Source: Amoebidium appalachense (taxonomy: Eukaryota > Protista > Ichthyosporea). From it: DNA of 64,000 nucleotides. Position numbers and translations under genes: made by a program. The notes under the pieces are model-generated. The model ran no database searches. It saw only the letters and a program-made list of their open reading frames with translations, and was not told the DNA's origin. The stretch is taken from positions 12,054,161 to 12,118,160 of the forward strand of contig CAVNZM010000001.1 of assembly GCA_963693365.1 (NCBI GenBank), in the 5' to 3' direction. Positions 24,201 to 47,776 of the stretch are shown here, in pieces (the first letter of the stretch is position 1; each line of letters begins with the position of its first letter).

Positions 24201-24843
24201 GGGGGATGTTCTTAGATCACCCATCCAAACTAGCTAAAAATAACTGCAAAACGACGGTCAGGGGAGAGGCCGAAGGATATGTAGGGGTCATATGCATAGC
24301 CCTTTTTTGGAGGTGTACACGTGCCAGTAGGGGCAAAGCCCACACCGACAGAGATGTTGGGCGTTGTGTTTGTGCATGTGAGTGTCACTTGTCCGGATGT
24401 GTGTGTGTGTGTGTGTGTGTGTTGTTGTTGTTGTTGTTGTTGTTGTTGGGGGGGGGGGGGGGGGGGGGGGGAAGGGGGCAGAAGCCGCGGTGATAATGGT
24501 GGTTTCGGAGTGCTCCAGGCGGGCGGGGGGGGGGGGGGGGGGGGGGGGGGGGGAGGGGGGGGGGGGATCTCAAACCACCAAGAAACGGAGAGGAGGGAGG
24601 GAGGGAGAGAGGAAGGGAGACCGGAAGGAAATCTCAAACCACCGAAAACGAGGGGAGGGAGGGCGTGTGTGTGTTTGGGGGGGGGGGGGGGCAGGAGGCA
24701 CGTGTTATGAGAAGAAAGAAGATGTGAAGGAGGAGAATGACACGGTCGGTAACACAGCAACGTTTGCGGCGCAAAAGAAGGCTGGCACGAACACACGCGG
24801 GGTGGGGGGAGGGGGGGGGGGGACCGGAGGGAAGAGAGCGAGA

Positions 24844-24874
<31 letters not shown>

Positions 24875-25161
24875 AGGGGGGGGGGGGGGAGAGGGCGCTG
24901 CGGCACGGTGCCCGTTATAGTGAGTGGGTGCTTGTGTTTGTGTGTGTGTGTGTGTGTACGTTTGTGTGTGTGTACGTTTGTGTGTGTGTGTTTGGGTGTG
25001 CTTGTACATACACGTGTGCATGTGTGACAAGGGGCGGGTGTGTGGGGATGGGAGGCGAAGGGGGGAGGGTGGGAGGGGGGAGGGGGGGGGGAGGCGCTGA
25101 CCTGAGAACGAATTTGATGGCACCCTTGTCCACCTGCTGCTTGATCATCATGCTGGGATCT

Positions 25162-25205
<44 letters not shown>

Positions 25206-25769
25206 CGCGCGTGCGTAAGCACATGATCAGTAGGAGAAAGGGTATGCTTTTCTTCCTTCATTCATTCTTCTCTTCTTTTTCTTCTTTCTTCTTCTTCTTC
25301 TTCATCTCCTTCTTCGTCTTCTTCTTCTTCTTCATCATCTTCTATTCTTTTTCTTTTCTATATATATTTTTTTTTTCTTGGGGGGGAGGGAGGGGGAGGG
25401 GGGGGTTTGCAGGGGAAGGCATCTGTACAGCTTGTAACGTTGAGTACAGGAACGTGTTGGGGGTTAAACAGGGAGGGTGGGGTGTACGTAGGGGTCACAG
25501 TGTAAGTCTGTGAGTGTGTGTGTGTGTGTGCAGGCACACTACTGATGAACATTTTTCCAAATGCCTTTTTTTTGCCTGCGCAGATACCACTTTAGTGGGT
25601 GTGTTGCGATCTGCCCTAACTAATATCTTCATTCAACACCTAACAAGTGTGCATGCAATTTGCGTAACCACACCAAACACGCACATGCACAACACACACT
25701 CGGTGCATTTTTACGCATGTTTTTCCTTTCTTCTCCCCTGCCATGGCAACACAAGTGCATACATAAACG

Positions 25770-25804
<35 letters not shown>

Positions 25805-26351
25805 ACGTACATTTGTGCAGGAGTCTGAGCGTGGGTGCCCAGGGCCCGTCGTGTGAGTTGAAGAAAGTAATTTCGTTGTTGATCAGAAGCATCTGTATCC
25901 GGTCGTGGCTGCGCAAAAAAACGAGAAAATGGAATTGGTAAATAACCCAAAACTGGGTAAACGGTGTTTGCAAACTATCGAAGAATGGGGAAAATGCTTG
26001 GTAAAATACCGAAAGTGGAAAAATGGTGCTTTCGAATTAGCAAAAAGGAGAATCATTGGCATCGAGGGATTTATCAGGGTAGGAAACACGGATAGATAAT
26101 CATTTAAAAGGGGAAGGTTGGTTTTGCGGATTACCAAAAAGAGAAAAGTGTTGCTAACAGGAGGAAACCACGTGAACCACACACACTCTTGGGGGATAAG
26201 GGGAGAGAGGCGGAGTGAATCGGACGGGGTAGTGTGGGGTACGAGCAAAAGGGGAGAACAGGAACGGGTGAGAAGGGGGCCAAGGTAGAAATGCACAAGT
26301 GGGAGGGAGAGGGATTGGGGTGTGAGAGGGGGGGGGGGGGGGGGTGTATGT

Positions 26352-26382
<31 letters not shown>

Positions 26383-27955
26383 GGGAGGGGGCTGGTGCAA
26401 AAGGTGCACAAAGAAAGAAACGAGCTGGAAGTTAAGAATCATAGATCCCTCTCATTCCCCTCCCCCCCCCCCCCCCCCCCCCCCTGGCCCCCCTCCTCCC
26501 CCACCACCCACCCAAACATCACGCATCCCCCGTTCAACCTCCTCGCCCACCTCCTAAACCCCCCTCCCCCACCCCCCTCCCTCCCCTTCCCCCGCCCCTC
26601 TCCTCCATCACCACCACCGCGACATCTTCCCTACAGCCAGACTAACTCAAGGACCGTGTCCCCAACCCCTTTTCACTCACTCAAAACTATCTTTCTCTAT
26701 CTCTCTCTCTCTCTGCTCCCCCCCACCTCCCTTTCCCTCTCCCACACACACTCTCTCTCCCACCCTCTCCCCCGGCTCCCCATGCCCTCTCACTCGGTCT
26801 GCTCCCCTTCCCCGCCCATCCAAACCACCAACACCACCCAGCTGCCGAAATCCCCTTCTCCCCCCCCTAACTACCCTTCTCCTCTCTCTCCCTCATTTCT
26901 TCCCCCCCCCCCCCCCCAAACCCAACTCCCCCCTCTTGCGGAAACCCCCCCACACATTCCTTTGCTAAAAATAAGCCAGAAACCACCAAAGCTCACCATT
27001 TTACGATGAAAAGGGGCGACTTCTTCGGCAGAATTTCCTCAATCACATCCTCCAAGTTAGGGTACTGCTCAAGGATTTTTTGGCGAATACCCCTCTGCAC
27101 AGACGACTTGGTCTGTGTGATGCCACTCACACTTTCCTCCTTTGAGAACCTGGAAACACCAGCCACGGTGTTAGAGTGAGTGAGAAGGGGGGGGGGGGGG
27201 GGGGGGGGGGATAAACCCTTCTGTAGGCATATACCATTTCTGTGCTAGATTGACAGCAGGCAGAGGTGTTCATGTGGTGCTCTTGCACACACCCCTGTCC
27301 CAAGTCCTTTGCTGTTGCGTTTATGATGTCTGTACGGTGCAAAACACACCCATTCCATAAGACAGCCCACGTCCATAAAGGACGCAGTAAACAAAAAGAA
27401 ATAATGTACCCACTCCAACAACCCACCTCCTCCCTCTCTTCACGCTCTTCGTCCCCCCCCCCCCCCCCCCCTTCCCCTCCCCTCCCTCTCCCCCTCTCCC
27501 CCTCTCTCCCCCACCAAAAAAACCTTGCCACCTCACTCTCAATCAAACCCCTATTAACCCAAGCATCCTCCACAACCGCTCACTCATTTCAATCTCCACG
27601 TGCGCAGACACGTGCTTATAATTTTACACATAGACCCAAATTGTCCCTGAAACCATTACAGCCTTCCTAACTCGGTCAACAACCGCCTAGAGGAACAAGC
27701 AACAAGAGTCATCGCACATGTTGACCCCTATGGGCAACCTAGACACACCCCAGGCTTGTGGTTCCTTCTTAGTGGAAAATTGAAGCCAATAACGTATAAA
27801 TCTTCAGAGGGTTAGCAGCCGAAATAAGCCATAACATTCTCAACCAACCCGCGTAACATGCGACTCCGCCTAACCAGGCGTGTACGACAGAACGCCAGAA
27901 AATCTTTCTACCAACCTAAGCCCTGCACATAGAGCAACACTTACTTCTTGAACAT
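21624..27955 (-). CDS. MCTS1: Translation reinitiation/recycling factor MCT-1 (PUA domain), 7 exons
   Basis: Exons 27955-27945, 27149-26997, 25908-25811, 25159-25102, 23571-23496, 22598-22531, 21708-21624 splice in frame to MFKKF...[10 protein letters not shown]...[29 protein letters not shown]...AIFAEGKEH...[17 protein letters not shown]. Confidence 0.95.
22599..23495 (-). other. U12-type (minor spliceosome) AT-AC intron, MCTS1 intron 5
   Basis: Donor ATATCCTCC at 23495, branch site TCCTTAAC at 22615-22608, terminal AC at 22600-22599. Removal gives the in-frame conserved junction GSMV|AIFAEGK. Confidence 0.93.
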
Positions 27956-28691
27956 GGTGGCTGTCTTTGTTCTGTATCTTGCTAAGAGACGGTATAGTGG
28001 CACGTTTTTACCGAGTATCACCAGGCGCAGGCGCGTTCACTTGTGAACTTCACGTCTGACCTGCAACTTCGTTTTCGATTTCCGGCAACGAAATCTGATG
28101 AAAGGGAAAATACGTCATTCATGTTGTCATGGCAGGGTCAACTCTGGAAGACTATCTTAGACCATCTCAAGTGCATGGGTACCGGTTTGTGCAAACATCA
28201 ACGCCGGGCCGGGGGCGCGGCGCAGCCGCCGACGGTAGGCTACGTAAAAGCGCCTGCCTAGGACAGGACCGCGGGGGCGAGCTCACAGCCGCGAAGAAGC
28301 TGGCAAAGTGAGCCCCAGTTGCTTGGAGCCCCGGGAGTCCGGAACAAATAATGAAATATGTTGCAATATTGGGTCTCTTTTCATGCTTTTTAGCCAGGTG
28401 TTTGGGTTCCGTGGTGAGAAAAAAAAAGCTCCATGATAGTAACATGCCAGTCCGTCTACGCCGGTGAGCTTGGTTGGGTAGAAAAGGCACTCATGCTCAT
28501 AAGTTTAAGGGTGCACTCGGGCTTTTTACTTAGATGTGTACAGAACGGGTAGACGGTATAAGCACCGATGTAAGAAGTCTGTGATTTCAAGATCGTCCAC
28601 ATGTTCGTGTCTCGCCAGCATATTAATTATCTCTCATCCATCCCCCCCCCCTGCCCCCAAATACAATAAAATAAAATTAAACAAAGAAAAG

Positions 28692-28732
<41 letters not shown>

Positions 28733-28762
28733 TCCCTCCCTCCCTCCCTCTCTCTCTCTCTA

Positions 28763-28807
<45 letters not shown>

Positions 28808-30113
28808 CTCTCTTCCTCTCCCTCACTCAAGTCTCTCCTCTCTCTCTCTCCCTTCCTATCTTTCCCGCCTCTGCCTGTTTACGACTATGTCTGTTTTTCC
28901 CTTTCCGGTGGCCATGTATATCCCCCCCCCTCCCCCCCCCCCCCTCCCCTCCCCCCTCCCCCCTCCCCCTTCCCCCGCAGGCTCCATCTCTTCGTTCTCT
29001 CTCTCTGTCTACTTCTGTCGCTCTCCCTTACTCTCCCACTCTCCTCATCGTCCTATATCGTTCCCAAAAATATTATCGACGCATATAGAACCGACGGAAC
29101 TCCAAATTTTGCTCGTTAAGTTGTTTATTTTGAGTTTGTCCGTGTGGTTGAGAATGAAAGGTAGGGCCCATTTCAGCTTATGAGGGTGTATGTATGCCTT
29201 CATTTGCGCGCCCATGCATCGTAGCTTTGAGGCAGAGAGGAGGGAGGAGGAGGAGGGTTTGGGGGTGGGGGGGGTGGGGGTGGGGAGTAGATACATATGT
29301 GTGTACTCTTTCTTGACCTCCTAGTCTACCCTACTCATCTACTCAATGCGAGTGCACCTGTAGCCAACCCCCACTGCAGCTGTTTCTGTGCACATGACCA
29401 ATGTTTCCGCTGCATATGCATGAAACTGACTCTATGTTGATGTCACATACGTGTACGGTATCACAGGCTACAGCGTTCATAGAACTTATATTATGAACTC
29501 ACAAAAATAACAGCAATTCGATAATAATAAAAAGTAAATAGAAAACGAAACTGAGAAAACGTTCGTATGCACGACCTTGTGTCAGGAGACGGCTGTACGC
29601 CTGTATGTAGTACTGTGTACTGTTACTGTGTACATGCTCACAAGCAGCAATAATAGTGCGTGATCTTTACCGAATCGAATAGCTCAAATGCGCACCTGGT
29701 GCCGTTTAGGGCAATAAAATTCAATGTCATTGTTCTTACAGCTAATCAATACGCACATGCTTTGAATTTAGTCACCGACTTTTTATCCATCAGCCCTCTT
29801 ATATGTAGTCTAAGAACGATTTGCCATAGCTCTGACCACCCCGGCCCACAGACCAGTACGTTTTTGTTTATTGTACAGGCGAACTACTCGTCTTTTTCTG
29901 TGACTGGTGCCAACCTTTGTATTGGTGACCATCTGAGTTATGCTACATACATATCGTAGCTTTTCCCCCCTGTAAATTTGGCAGGATCTGAAGGATCGGT
30001 CATGTTTTACCTGGGTGCCTGATGTTTGTTGCAGCTGGGTGGTGTCTCCAGTCCAGATTTTCAAATCACGTGAAATCCTTTCACAAACTGAACGCCATTA
30101 CCGGGGCAGCACC

Positions 30114-39416
<9,303 letters not shown>

Positions 39417-39495
39417 AAATAGCTGCACACACAGAGACCAAGACTAAATAGAGAAGGACGGTTGCGGGATTGTTTTGAATGGTTTTAATTCTTTT

Positions 39496-39553
39496 AAGGA
39501 AGGTTTTTAGTAGGCCATAATAGTCAAGGAAGGTTTTTAGTAGGCCATAATAG
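39496..39553. repeat. 30-bp tandem duplication
   Basis: AAGGAAGGTTTTTAGTAGGCCATAATAG occurs twice. Confidence 0.85.
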
Positions 39554-40136
39554 GCAAAGGCTGGAACGAAAGGTGGTCGAAATACTGTAGGATAGCCATA
39601 GTCGACGTGGAAAGTCTTGTACATGTGCACGTGTTGAAGGTGACAGAAAAGGTATAATGATGATGTAATGTAAAGTCCGCGCGTGCTGTGTGTAGTGTAG
39701 TAGATAGCCTCCCAGAAATCTAAATATGGAGTTTGAAAGGAACTTCGCTTGTTAATCATTCCCTTTCCCAGTACAGTTTGTGGCAGCATGGTATGCTGCG
39801 GTAAAAAATAGAGAAATTCGTGCGATTTATGTGCGGATGCATGAGCACCACTTATGATAGTTGTCGATGGCAATGTATCAATCTATGTAGATAGAATGAT
39901 AATGGTATGAATGAAGTATGCTGTTTACTCCAAATGAAAGAACTGAAGGAGATGAATTTTATCTTTTCTTAGGCCCTACCAAACCATCAACATAATCGCA
40001 TTAATTTTTATGTTGGCAGCCCAGAGGACTGCAATATGCACACGAAACACACTTCCTTGTCAGAGAGAGAGAAAGGCTATCTATAATAAGGAGAACAAGA
40101 CCAGAGACACACACACACAGAGAGAGGGGGGGGGGG

Positions 40137-40234
<98 letters not shown>

Positions 40235-40275
40235 CGGAGACAGATCTAGACAGAGACAGAAGAGGGGGGGGGGGG

Positions 40276-40340
<65 letters not shown>

Positions 40341-41027
40341 GGTGATTGATAATGATGATGTAAGAAAGGTGACGCGGGCAATGTGGTATATAAGATGCTC
40401 GCAGGGCCACCTTCCAATTCGAAACACATACACAAGCGCGCACGCACACGCACACATAATCACACACGCGCGCGCTCACACAGACACGCACGCACGCAAG
40501 CACGCACGACACACACACGTACGAACACACACCAGCGCACGCACGCACGCACGCACACATGTACACTCGCACACACACACGCACACACAAGTACGCACAC
40601 ACACACATACCCACACACGCACATACATAAACACACAGCATGCACACACACGGTGATGAAACTAGTACACACACGCATCATGATCAACATACGCATGTGT
40701 GTACACAGGTGCCACGGGGAAGAAGCTTACTTAATATTAGTTAGGAATGATTGTTCTGCGGTGCGTGTGTTTGTGTGACACGTGTGTTTGGGGGGGGGAG
40801 GGGGGGGGGGAGAAGGCGGGGAGGGGAGGGAGAAGGGGGAAGAGAGAGAGAGAGAGAGAGGGAGAGGGGGGAGAGAGAGAGAGAGAGAAGAGAGAGGGGG
40901 GGGGGGGGGGGAGGGAGAGAGTGAGAGAAAGTGAGAGAGGGGGGGGGGGGGGGAGGGGGAGAGAGAGAGAGAGAGAGAAGAGGGAGAGAGGGAGAGGGGG
41001 AGAGAGAGAGGTGGGGGGAGGGAGAGG

Positions 41028-41215
<188 letters not shown>

Positions 41216-42120
41216 GAAAGAGAGATAGACGAGGGGGAGGGATGTCGAAGTGGTGAAAATGACGGTGAAATCCACAGGCAGCCACATACGCCACCATCAG
41301 GCCGGCTGTTAATAACTTGGCTCTTTTTCTCAAGGGTTCTCACCACAAAGAAAGTGCCCGGCCCGTAGAAGACTGCAGATGCTCTCCGAACCAATCGGAA
41401 TGAAGTATGTGAGTGCGTGGATAGCCAATAAGGAAGAAAGAAATCACGAGTCACAACTCCGAGAAGCAGCCGACCAATCAGGCCGTGGCTGCCAGCCTGC
41501 GGCTTGAAGCCGGCTTCTCTTCAGGGCTCTATAACGCCATGTGGTAAATAATAATAAAAAGAGAGAGAAATAAATAGTTGTAGCACCAGAGGACGTGTTG
41601 TAGTTTATGTGATTTGTGTGACGAATTGTGTTCCATGCGGAAAATTACGTGGCTATGGATGGACAGTTGCACGTGATTGGCATGATGATGTGTCCTGCTC
41701 TCTTGCCTTATTTGGGTTTTGACTTTGAGCCAAAAACACCGAGGAATGCGTCCAAAATCGATGTGGTTGGTCTATTTTTGAAATCGTTTCCCTTATTTGA
41801 TTGGCTACTAAGCGTGTTGTGCAATGCTTTTTGGGGTAAGCGTTGTGTCGCGCTGTTCTCTCACCAGTTTGTCAGTTTTTCGTTGTGAGCAGAGTCAACT
41901 CACCAGTTTGTTAGTTTTTCAAGGCGTTGTGACTCTCTCTTCACCACTTTGTTTCGTTTTCGTTGTGAGCAAAGTCAACCGCAACTGTATAGTTACTGTA
42001 CAGCAACCATTTCGAAAAGAGATGCGAAGGTAGCTAGGGAGACTCTTTGACTGACTTCGTTCGTGCAGCTGCCCTTTGTGCAGCCCTTATTCTGACTGCT
42101 AACCGTCTGTGGTGCCACAG

Positions 42121-43812
42121 ATTGAGGGGGTTGAGATTCAGGGGGCGGGAGGCGAGGCTCCAAAGCGGAGAGGACGCTCGGCAGCACCCCAGCTCCAGGC
42201 AGCCTCCGCGCAGGACCACAAGGAGCCCGAGAAGGCCGAACGGGGCAGGAAGAAGGGTGGTAGTTCGGGGGTGGCCATGGGTAAGGCCGAGGAGAATGGG
42301 GGGGAGCGCCCGGTCGTCCGGACTACCAAGGCAGGCAAAGGTATACGTGCCACCGTGGGCTTGCTGGTTGGGGCTGGGGAGTGGGGCTGACCGTGGCTTG
42401 TTGGGCTGGGGTAGCAGCACCACAGAGCATCACTGTTGAGGGTCGACACCCCACAGACTAGCGGGGGGGACTTTACTTATGTATGGCATGGGAACCATGG
42501 CGCAGCTAGGCTACGTCGTAGGAGAGGCGAGAAAATTCCCCAATATCGTTTAACATGAGCTCCTCCTCAAGCCCTCGACAGTTCGGCAAGCAGTGTGCGG
42601 GGGCTTATATACCGCTGTTGCAACAATGGATGGCAAGGTGCGGCCTACAGCCCTTCCCAGCACCTCCTGAAGGCGCTGATGCTGACGGGCACGGGCACAG
42701 GTGTTGACCTTCGGGGTCAACGATGAGGGGGCCTTGGGCCGGGGGGGTGAGGAGGCTGCTGTTCACCCCATGGAAGGGCCTCTTGCCAACAAGAAGGCCA
42801 TACAGGTGGCTTGTGGCGACAGCCACACGGTCGTCTTGTGTGACAACGGATCCTTATGGATCAGCGGTACCTTTAGGGTGAGTGCTTGAAGACCCCAGGT
42901 AGCAGGTGCACGGAATGGGGTATTCGAGCATGACTGACACAGGGGCTGCAGGGAGCAAACGGTCAACTAGCGTTCAGTGGTGTGCACTAGCCCCAAATGG
43001 TGGCCCCTGGCCTGTGGCAATACAACTGCCGGAGCTGGATGCTGCCAGCGCGAATACAGTGACCCAGTGGTCAGCGTTGTCTCCGGCGACAATCACGTAC
43101 TTGCGGTGACACAGGAGGGTCGGGCCTTCTCATGGGGATGTGGAGACACTGAGGACAACCCCCTGGGCCGGCGTGTTTTGAGCCGGCTGCCGGTCTCATA
43201 CCTTTCCCCACATGTCCTTTCAATACCTTTGAGCCCACGAATACTCCATATGGCGGCAGGCGCCTATCATTCGTTTGCGGTAACGGTCGACGGGCGTGTA
43301 TGGGCGTGGGGGGCCAGCATGCGTGGCCAGACGGGCCTGCAAGGCGCCCGTCACGTCGAAACACCGGAGTTCGTGGAAGGGCTGGTTGGCCGCCACATTA
43401 TTGGTATTGCCTGCAGGGGGCAACCACCACAGTATTGCCCTGGACAATCAGGGCTGCGTCTGGTCGACCGGCAAGGGCACGGGGGGGGGTGCTTGGCCAG
43501 GGCACGGAGGAGCACTCATTGGTGCACGTGGGCGCGGCCGACAGTGAACCCGACAAGAGCACAAGGAACCAAGTGCAAAGCGCATTGACCGGCCAGAGAA
43601 TAACGGCGGTTGCCTGCGGGTCCGAGTGCTCATTTGCACTCACACACGGCGGTGTGTTATTCGCGTGGGGTTTTGGGGAGAACTACCAACTTGGGGCGGG
43701 CAATAGTGCACCCCAGCTGGCCCCTGTGCGTGTTGGCAGCCTGCAGCTTGAGAGCCGCACCGTGCTGGCCATCAGTGCGGGTGGCCAGCATGTCGCTCTG
43801 CTGCGTGACTAG
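42121..43812 (+). pseudogene. RCC1: Disrupted RCC1 (RanGEF) homologue
   Basis: RCC1-like strings TFGVNDEGALGR, QVACGDSHTVVL..GTFR, SGDNHVLA..SWGCG, AWGFGENYQLG, AISAGGQHVALL. In-frame TAA at 42551-42553, TAG at ~42988-42990, frameshifts near 43050, 43410 and 43485. Short introns at 42638-42700 and ~42878-42951. Confidence 0.75.
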
Positions 43813-44168
43813 CCCGTAGAGTAACGGTGACCTCAAGACTGGAGGGGTGGGGGTGTTGTAGATGCACAGTAGAGAATGTGTATACGTAACAAAAAAAACC
43901 CAAAATTTCTGATTGTCAAGTCCTAAGTCATGCGAATGCAACTTACGAAGTACGATAGACTACAAATGGCCCAGGGCACACAACGGGTCACAGTGTCGAT
44001 ATAACATAAGAACCGTGGTGGCTGGTTTTCTTCCTTGGTATATCTTGCGCCATTGTATTGCAGAAATAAGACCTTCCGAAATGTATGAACGTACGAGTGC
44101 ACTTGCTTGCAGAAAACCTTCGTACAAACTTAAATGCAAATGTGCTGGCATGCAGTAATTCAGCGCCA

Positions 44169-44202
<34 letters not shown>

Positions 44203-44347
44203 CACCTTAGGTGTGATATTATTCTTGACTTAAGCTATTTACGTCCACACGTCTAAGTATTTGTGAAGTATTCATGACAGGTTTTGAAACAGTAAACGCT
44301 GAGGGCTTTGTGGTTAATACTCTGGTTTATTTATTCTTGTGATCACG

Positions 44348-44404
44348 GTGATCTGCCGCACGCTTTGTTCAATGAGGTGATCTGCCGCACGCTTTGTTCA
44401 ATGT
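44348..44404. repeat. 29-bp tandem duplication
   Basis: GGTGATCTGCCGCACGCTTTGTTCAATG occurs twice. Confidence 0.85.
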
Positions 44405-44788
44405 GAAAACTTATCATTCTTTATTGTTATTACAGTAAGTGACACATAATAGATATAGGAAGAAGACTAAGACCATAAATAAATCCAACAAACATGGGCG
44501 CCACCTAATACCCTAATACACACCCCGAGTCTACAAACACATATATTGCAAAAAGGTCACAGCCGGTGTGTAAACTCACCGAAAAACCCTTCCCAATTGT
44601 GCCGGGCCGTCAGGTTTACAATGAAGACGTACACAAAGGATCAAAAAACTTGGTTGTGCACGGTACGTACGTTTCACAGGTCTAATGTGCCATCTAAGAG
44701 GAAAACCTAGATAGGCTGCACGCGCGTAAATGCATCCGAACTAATTTGCAAATCATACAAAATCCCCACCCCCACACCCCACGCACAC

Positions 44789-44821
<33 letters not shown>

Positions 44822-45113
44822 AGCCCCCCCCCCCCCCCCCCAATCGTCGAGACATCAATATCGCCAATAATCAAAACATACAAAACCCATACCGCCACAA
44901 GCTACCACCACATCCAAGATTCAATAGTGGGTTTTTCGCTCACAAATGAAATGGAAAGGAACGCCCACAATTGGGAGCAAAACATACCGCCTAAACCCAA
45001 TCAAAACACACTCTCCCTTAAGTTTTAAATCAAACTTCAAGCAGCATCAACACGGACCGGTTTAGTGTCCCTACAGCACTGCCACTTGCCATATACCACA
45101 AAACAGCAAAAAA

Positions 45114-45151
<38 letters not shown>

Positions 45152-45197
45152 AAAACACACACACACACACACACGACACAAAAACCCACAGCACTTT

Positions 45198-45444
45198 TCA
45201 TTCGTCGTCACTGAATGTGATCTTTGTGGCCTTCTTTGTTGGCATCTCATCCTCGGGAATAAAGTGGTTGCCATACAGTGCGTGCTCCTTCTTCTTCTGT
45301 GGCGCATACCCAAACTTGAGCAGCGCATCGGGTACATGCGCACCCGCACCTGTGGAAAGAGCGAGGGGGAAAGAGGTTAATATAGTCGTCTACATGGTGT
45401 GGAGTCATAGGGTAATGCAATGTAAATATCTCCAGTCTCATTTG

Positions 45445-45485
<41 letters not shown>

Positions 45486-45616
45486 ACGCGCGTACACACA
45501 CATTCCGATGGTGTATTGCTTGATGTGCAAAGGGAGCGAAAAGTGAACATCTTGTAATGCATGTAACTTCTGTAGGCCTAACATTCATGGTGGAGGGGGG
45601 GAGAGGGGGAGGGGAG

Positions 45617-45647
<31 letters not shown>

Positions 45648-46485
45648 CTTACCCTTGAGCACATCTGAGAGGGGCCCAGCCAGCTGCTTGTCCTGGACGG
45701 TGAACAGTGTGTGGGCTGTGCCTGTGGCCCCGGCACGGCCAGTACGACCAATGCGGTGCACATAGTCCTGAAAAGGAGATTACGATTAGATTGCGATTGC
45801 AAGAGATTGAGATTCGATGGGGTGAGGGCAGTTAGGTCTGTGTAGTGCGGTGCATGGCCATATGGCCAGAGTTGCACGGACGCAAACATGTTTCCAGAAA
45901 AGTGTGCAAAACACAGGAGAGGACATGAAAAATGGAAAGAGCGGCAAAGGTGACAATGGGAGGGTGGTGTTGGCGTATTGTCCAAGCAATATGCATCAGA
46001 AGAAACATGAGAACGAGATCAGGGGCGATTTGGGTGACAGAAAGAAGGGGAAGGGTGGGTGGGGGGAGGTGTGTGTGGGTGCTTGAAAGTGAGGGGGGGA
46101 AGGGAGGGAACCAGAAAAGTGAAGGGTTATTTAATGCTCCCCGTGGGAGGGAGGGGGGAGGGGGGGGGGGGGGAGGGGGGGGGGGGGGGAGGGGGGGGAT
46201 GAGGGTATGCGGGTGGTCGAGGGGGGGGGGGGGGGGGGGGGGGGAGTAGGACGACTGAAAATGGGAAAGAAAAAAGGGGGAATATACGGGATGTTTACCT
46301 CGACGGTGAGAGGGAATGAGTAGTTGATAACCACCTCCACGTTTGGAATGTCCAGGCCACGGGCACATACATCGGTGGCAATGAGCACTGGTGTCTGGCC
46401 ACTCTTGAAGGCCTCTACTGCCTGTGGGGTAAAAAATAAGGTTGGGTGGGTAGAAAAGAGGTGGGATGGTGGTGATGGTGGGTGA

Positions 46486-46567
<82 letters not shown>

Positions 46568-47152
46568 TGGTGGTGGTGGGGGGGGGAGGGGGGGGGAGTG
46601 TGCCGTGGTGTGTGCGTGTGCGTGTGCGTGTGTGTGTGTATACGTGTCCCTCTGTCCTCTCTCTGTCACTGTGTGTGTGTGTGTGTGTGTGCGTGTGCGT
46701 GTGCGTGTGTGTGCGCGCGCGTGGTTGTTCCTACAGACTGTTCCTCGACACGAGTGTTCACGTACGTGTCCATGCATGTGCGACATATCATGTCATGTGT
46801 CTCAACCGATGGGTGTGAAATACAGCTTACGTGTGTCGAAAAAAAGTGCTTTCAACTCCAATCAAACGGAGACAATAGAAAGAAAACTCATTACTCCACA
46901 GGATGCATGGGTGTGAAATACAGCTTACGTGTGTCGAAAAAAAGTGCTTTCAACTCCAATCAAACGGAGACAATAGAAAGAAAACTCATTACTCCACAGG
47001 ATGCATGGAAGTCTTATGGTGGGTGTGGTGTGTGCTTTATCAAAAACAAAGAAGGAGGTGTGGAGGTGTAGATGCATCCATGAGTTGTGTGAGTGGGTGT
47101 GCGCAAGTGTGTGTGTGTGCATGTGCGCACCGTGTGTGTGTGCGCACGCCTG

Positions 47153-47185
<33 letters not shown>

Positions 47186-47291
47186 GCATCATTACCTGTG
47201 TGCGCTCAAACTGGTTCATGTCACCATGCACAGCACCCACTTTGTAGCCCTTTTGCCTCAGAAATCGCTCGACCCTGCACGTTGAGGCAAA

Positions 47292-47325
<34 letters not shown>

Positions 47326-47510
47326 GTGGTGAAGTATGGGGTGTGGTGGGCGTTAGACAGTGAGTAATGTGTAACCAAACATCACATGCGAATATGGAGT
47401 CTATCCACACAAGTTCAAACGGTCTTGACTTCAGGAGCACACGATGATAAAACAAGGAAAAGAAAAATCATCCCCGGGGAGAGGGCGCGGGGGGGGGGGG
47501 GGGGAGACCA

Positions 47511-47556
<46 letters not shown>

Positions 47557-47745
47557 CTGTCATGAGGGGGCAATAAATCGCAGGGGACAAAAAGGAAGAA
47601 AAAAAAAGGAACCACACTAACTGGGCTCTCACCTTGGTGCCTCCTTCTTGTACAAAACAAACACCAGCAGCCGGTTCTTGCCGTTGTGGTACTTCTGCAT
47701 CAGCGATGCCAGCCTGTGTGTGTGTGCGTGTGTGCACACAGGTGG

Positions 47746-47776
<31 letters not shown>

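Noticed and set aside
28094-28110. Hammerhead core CTGATGA...GAAA
   Set aside because: Only 4 nt separate the motifs, so no stem II, and no flanking stems are evident.
42551-42553. TAA/TAG reassignment suggested by in-frame stops in RCC1
   Set aside because: Other genes here terminate normally at TAA, TAG and TGA, and the RCC1 copy also carries frameshifts.
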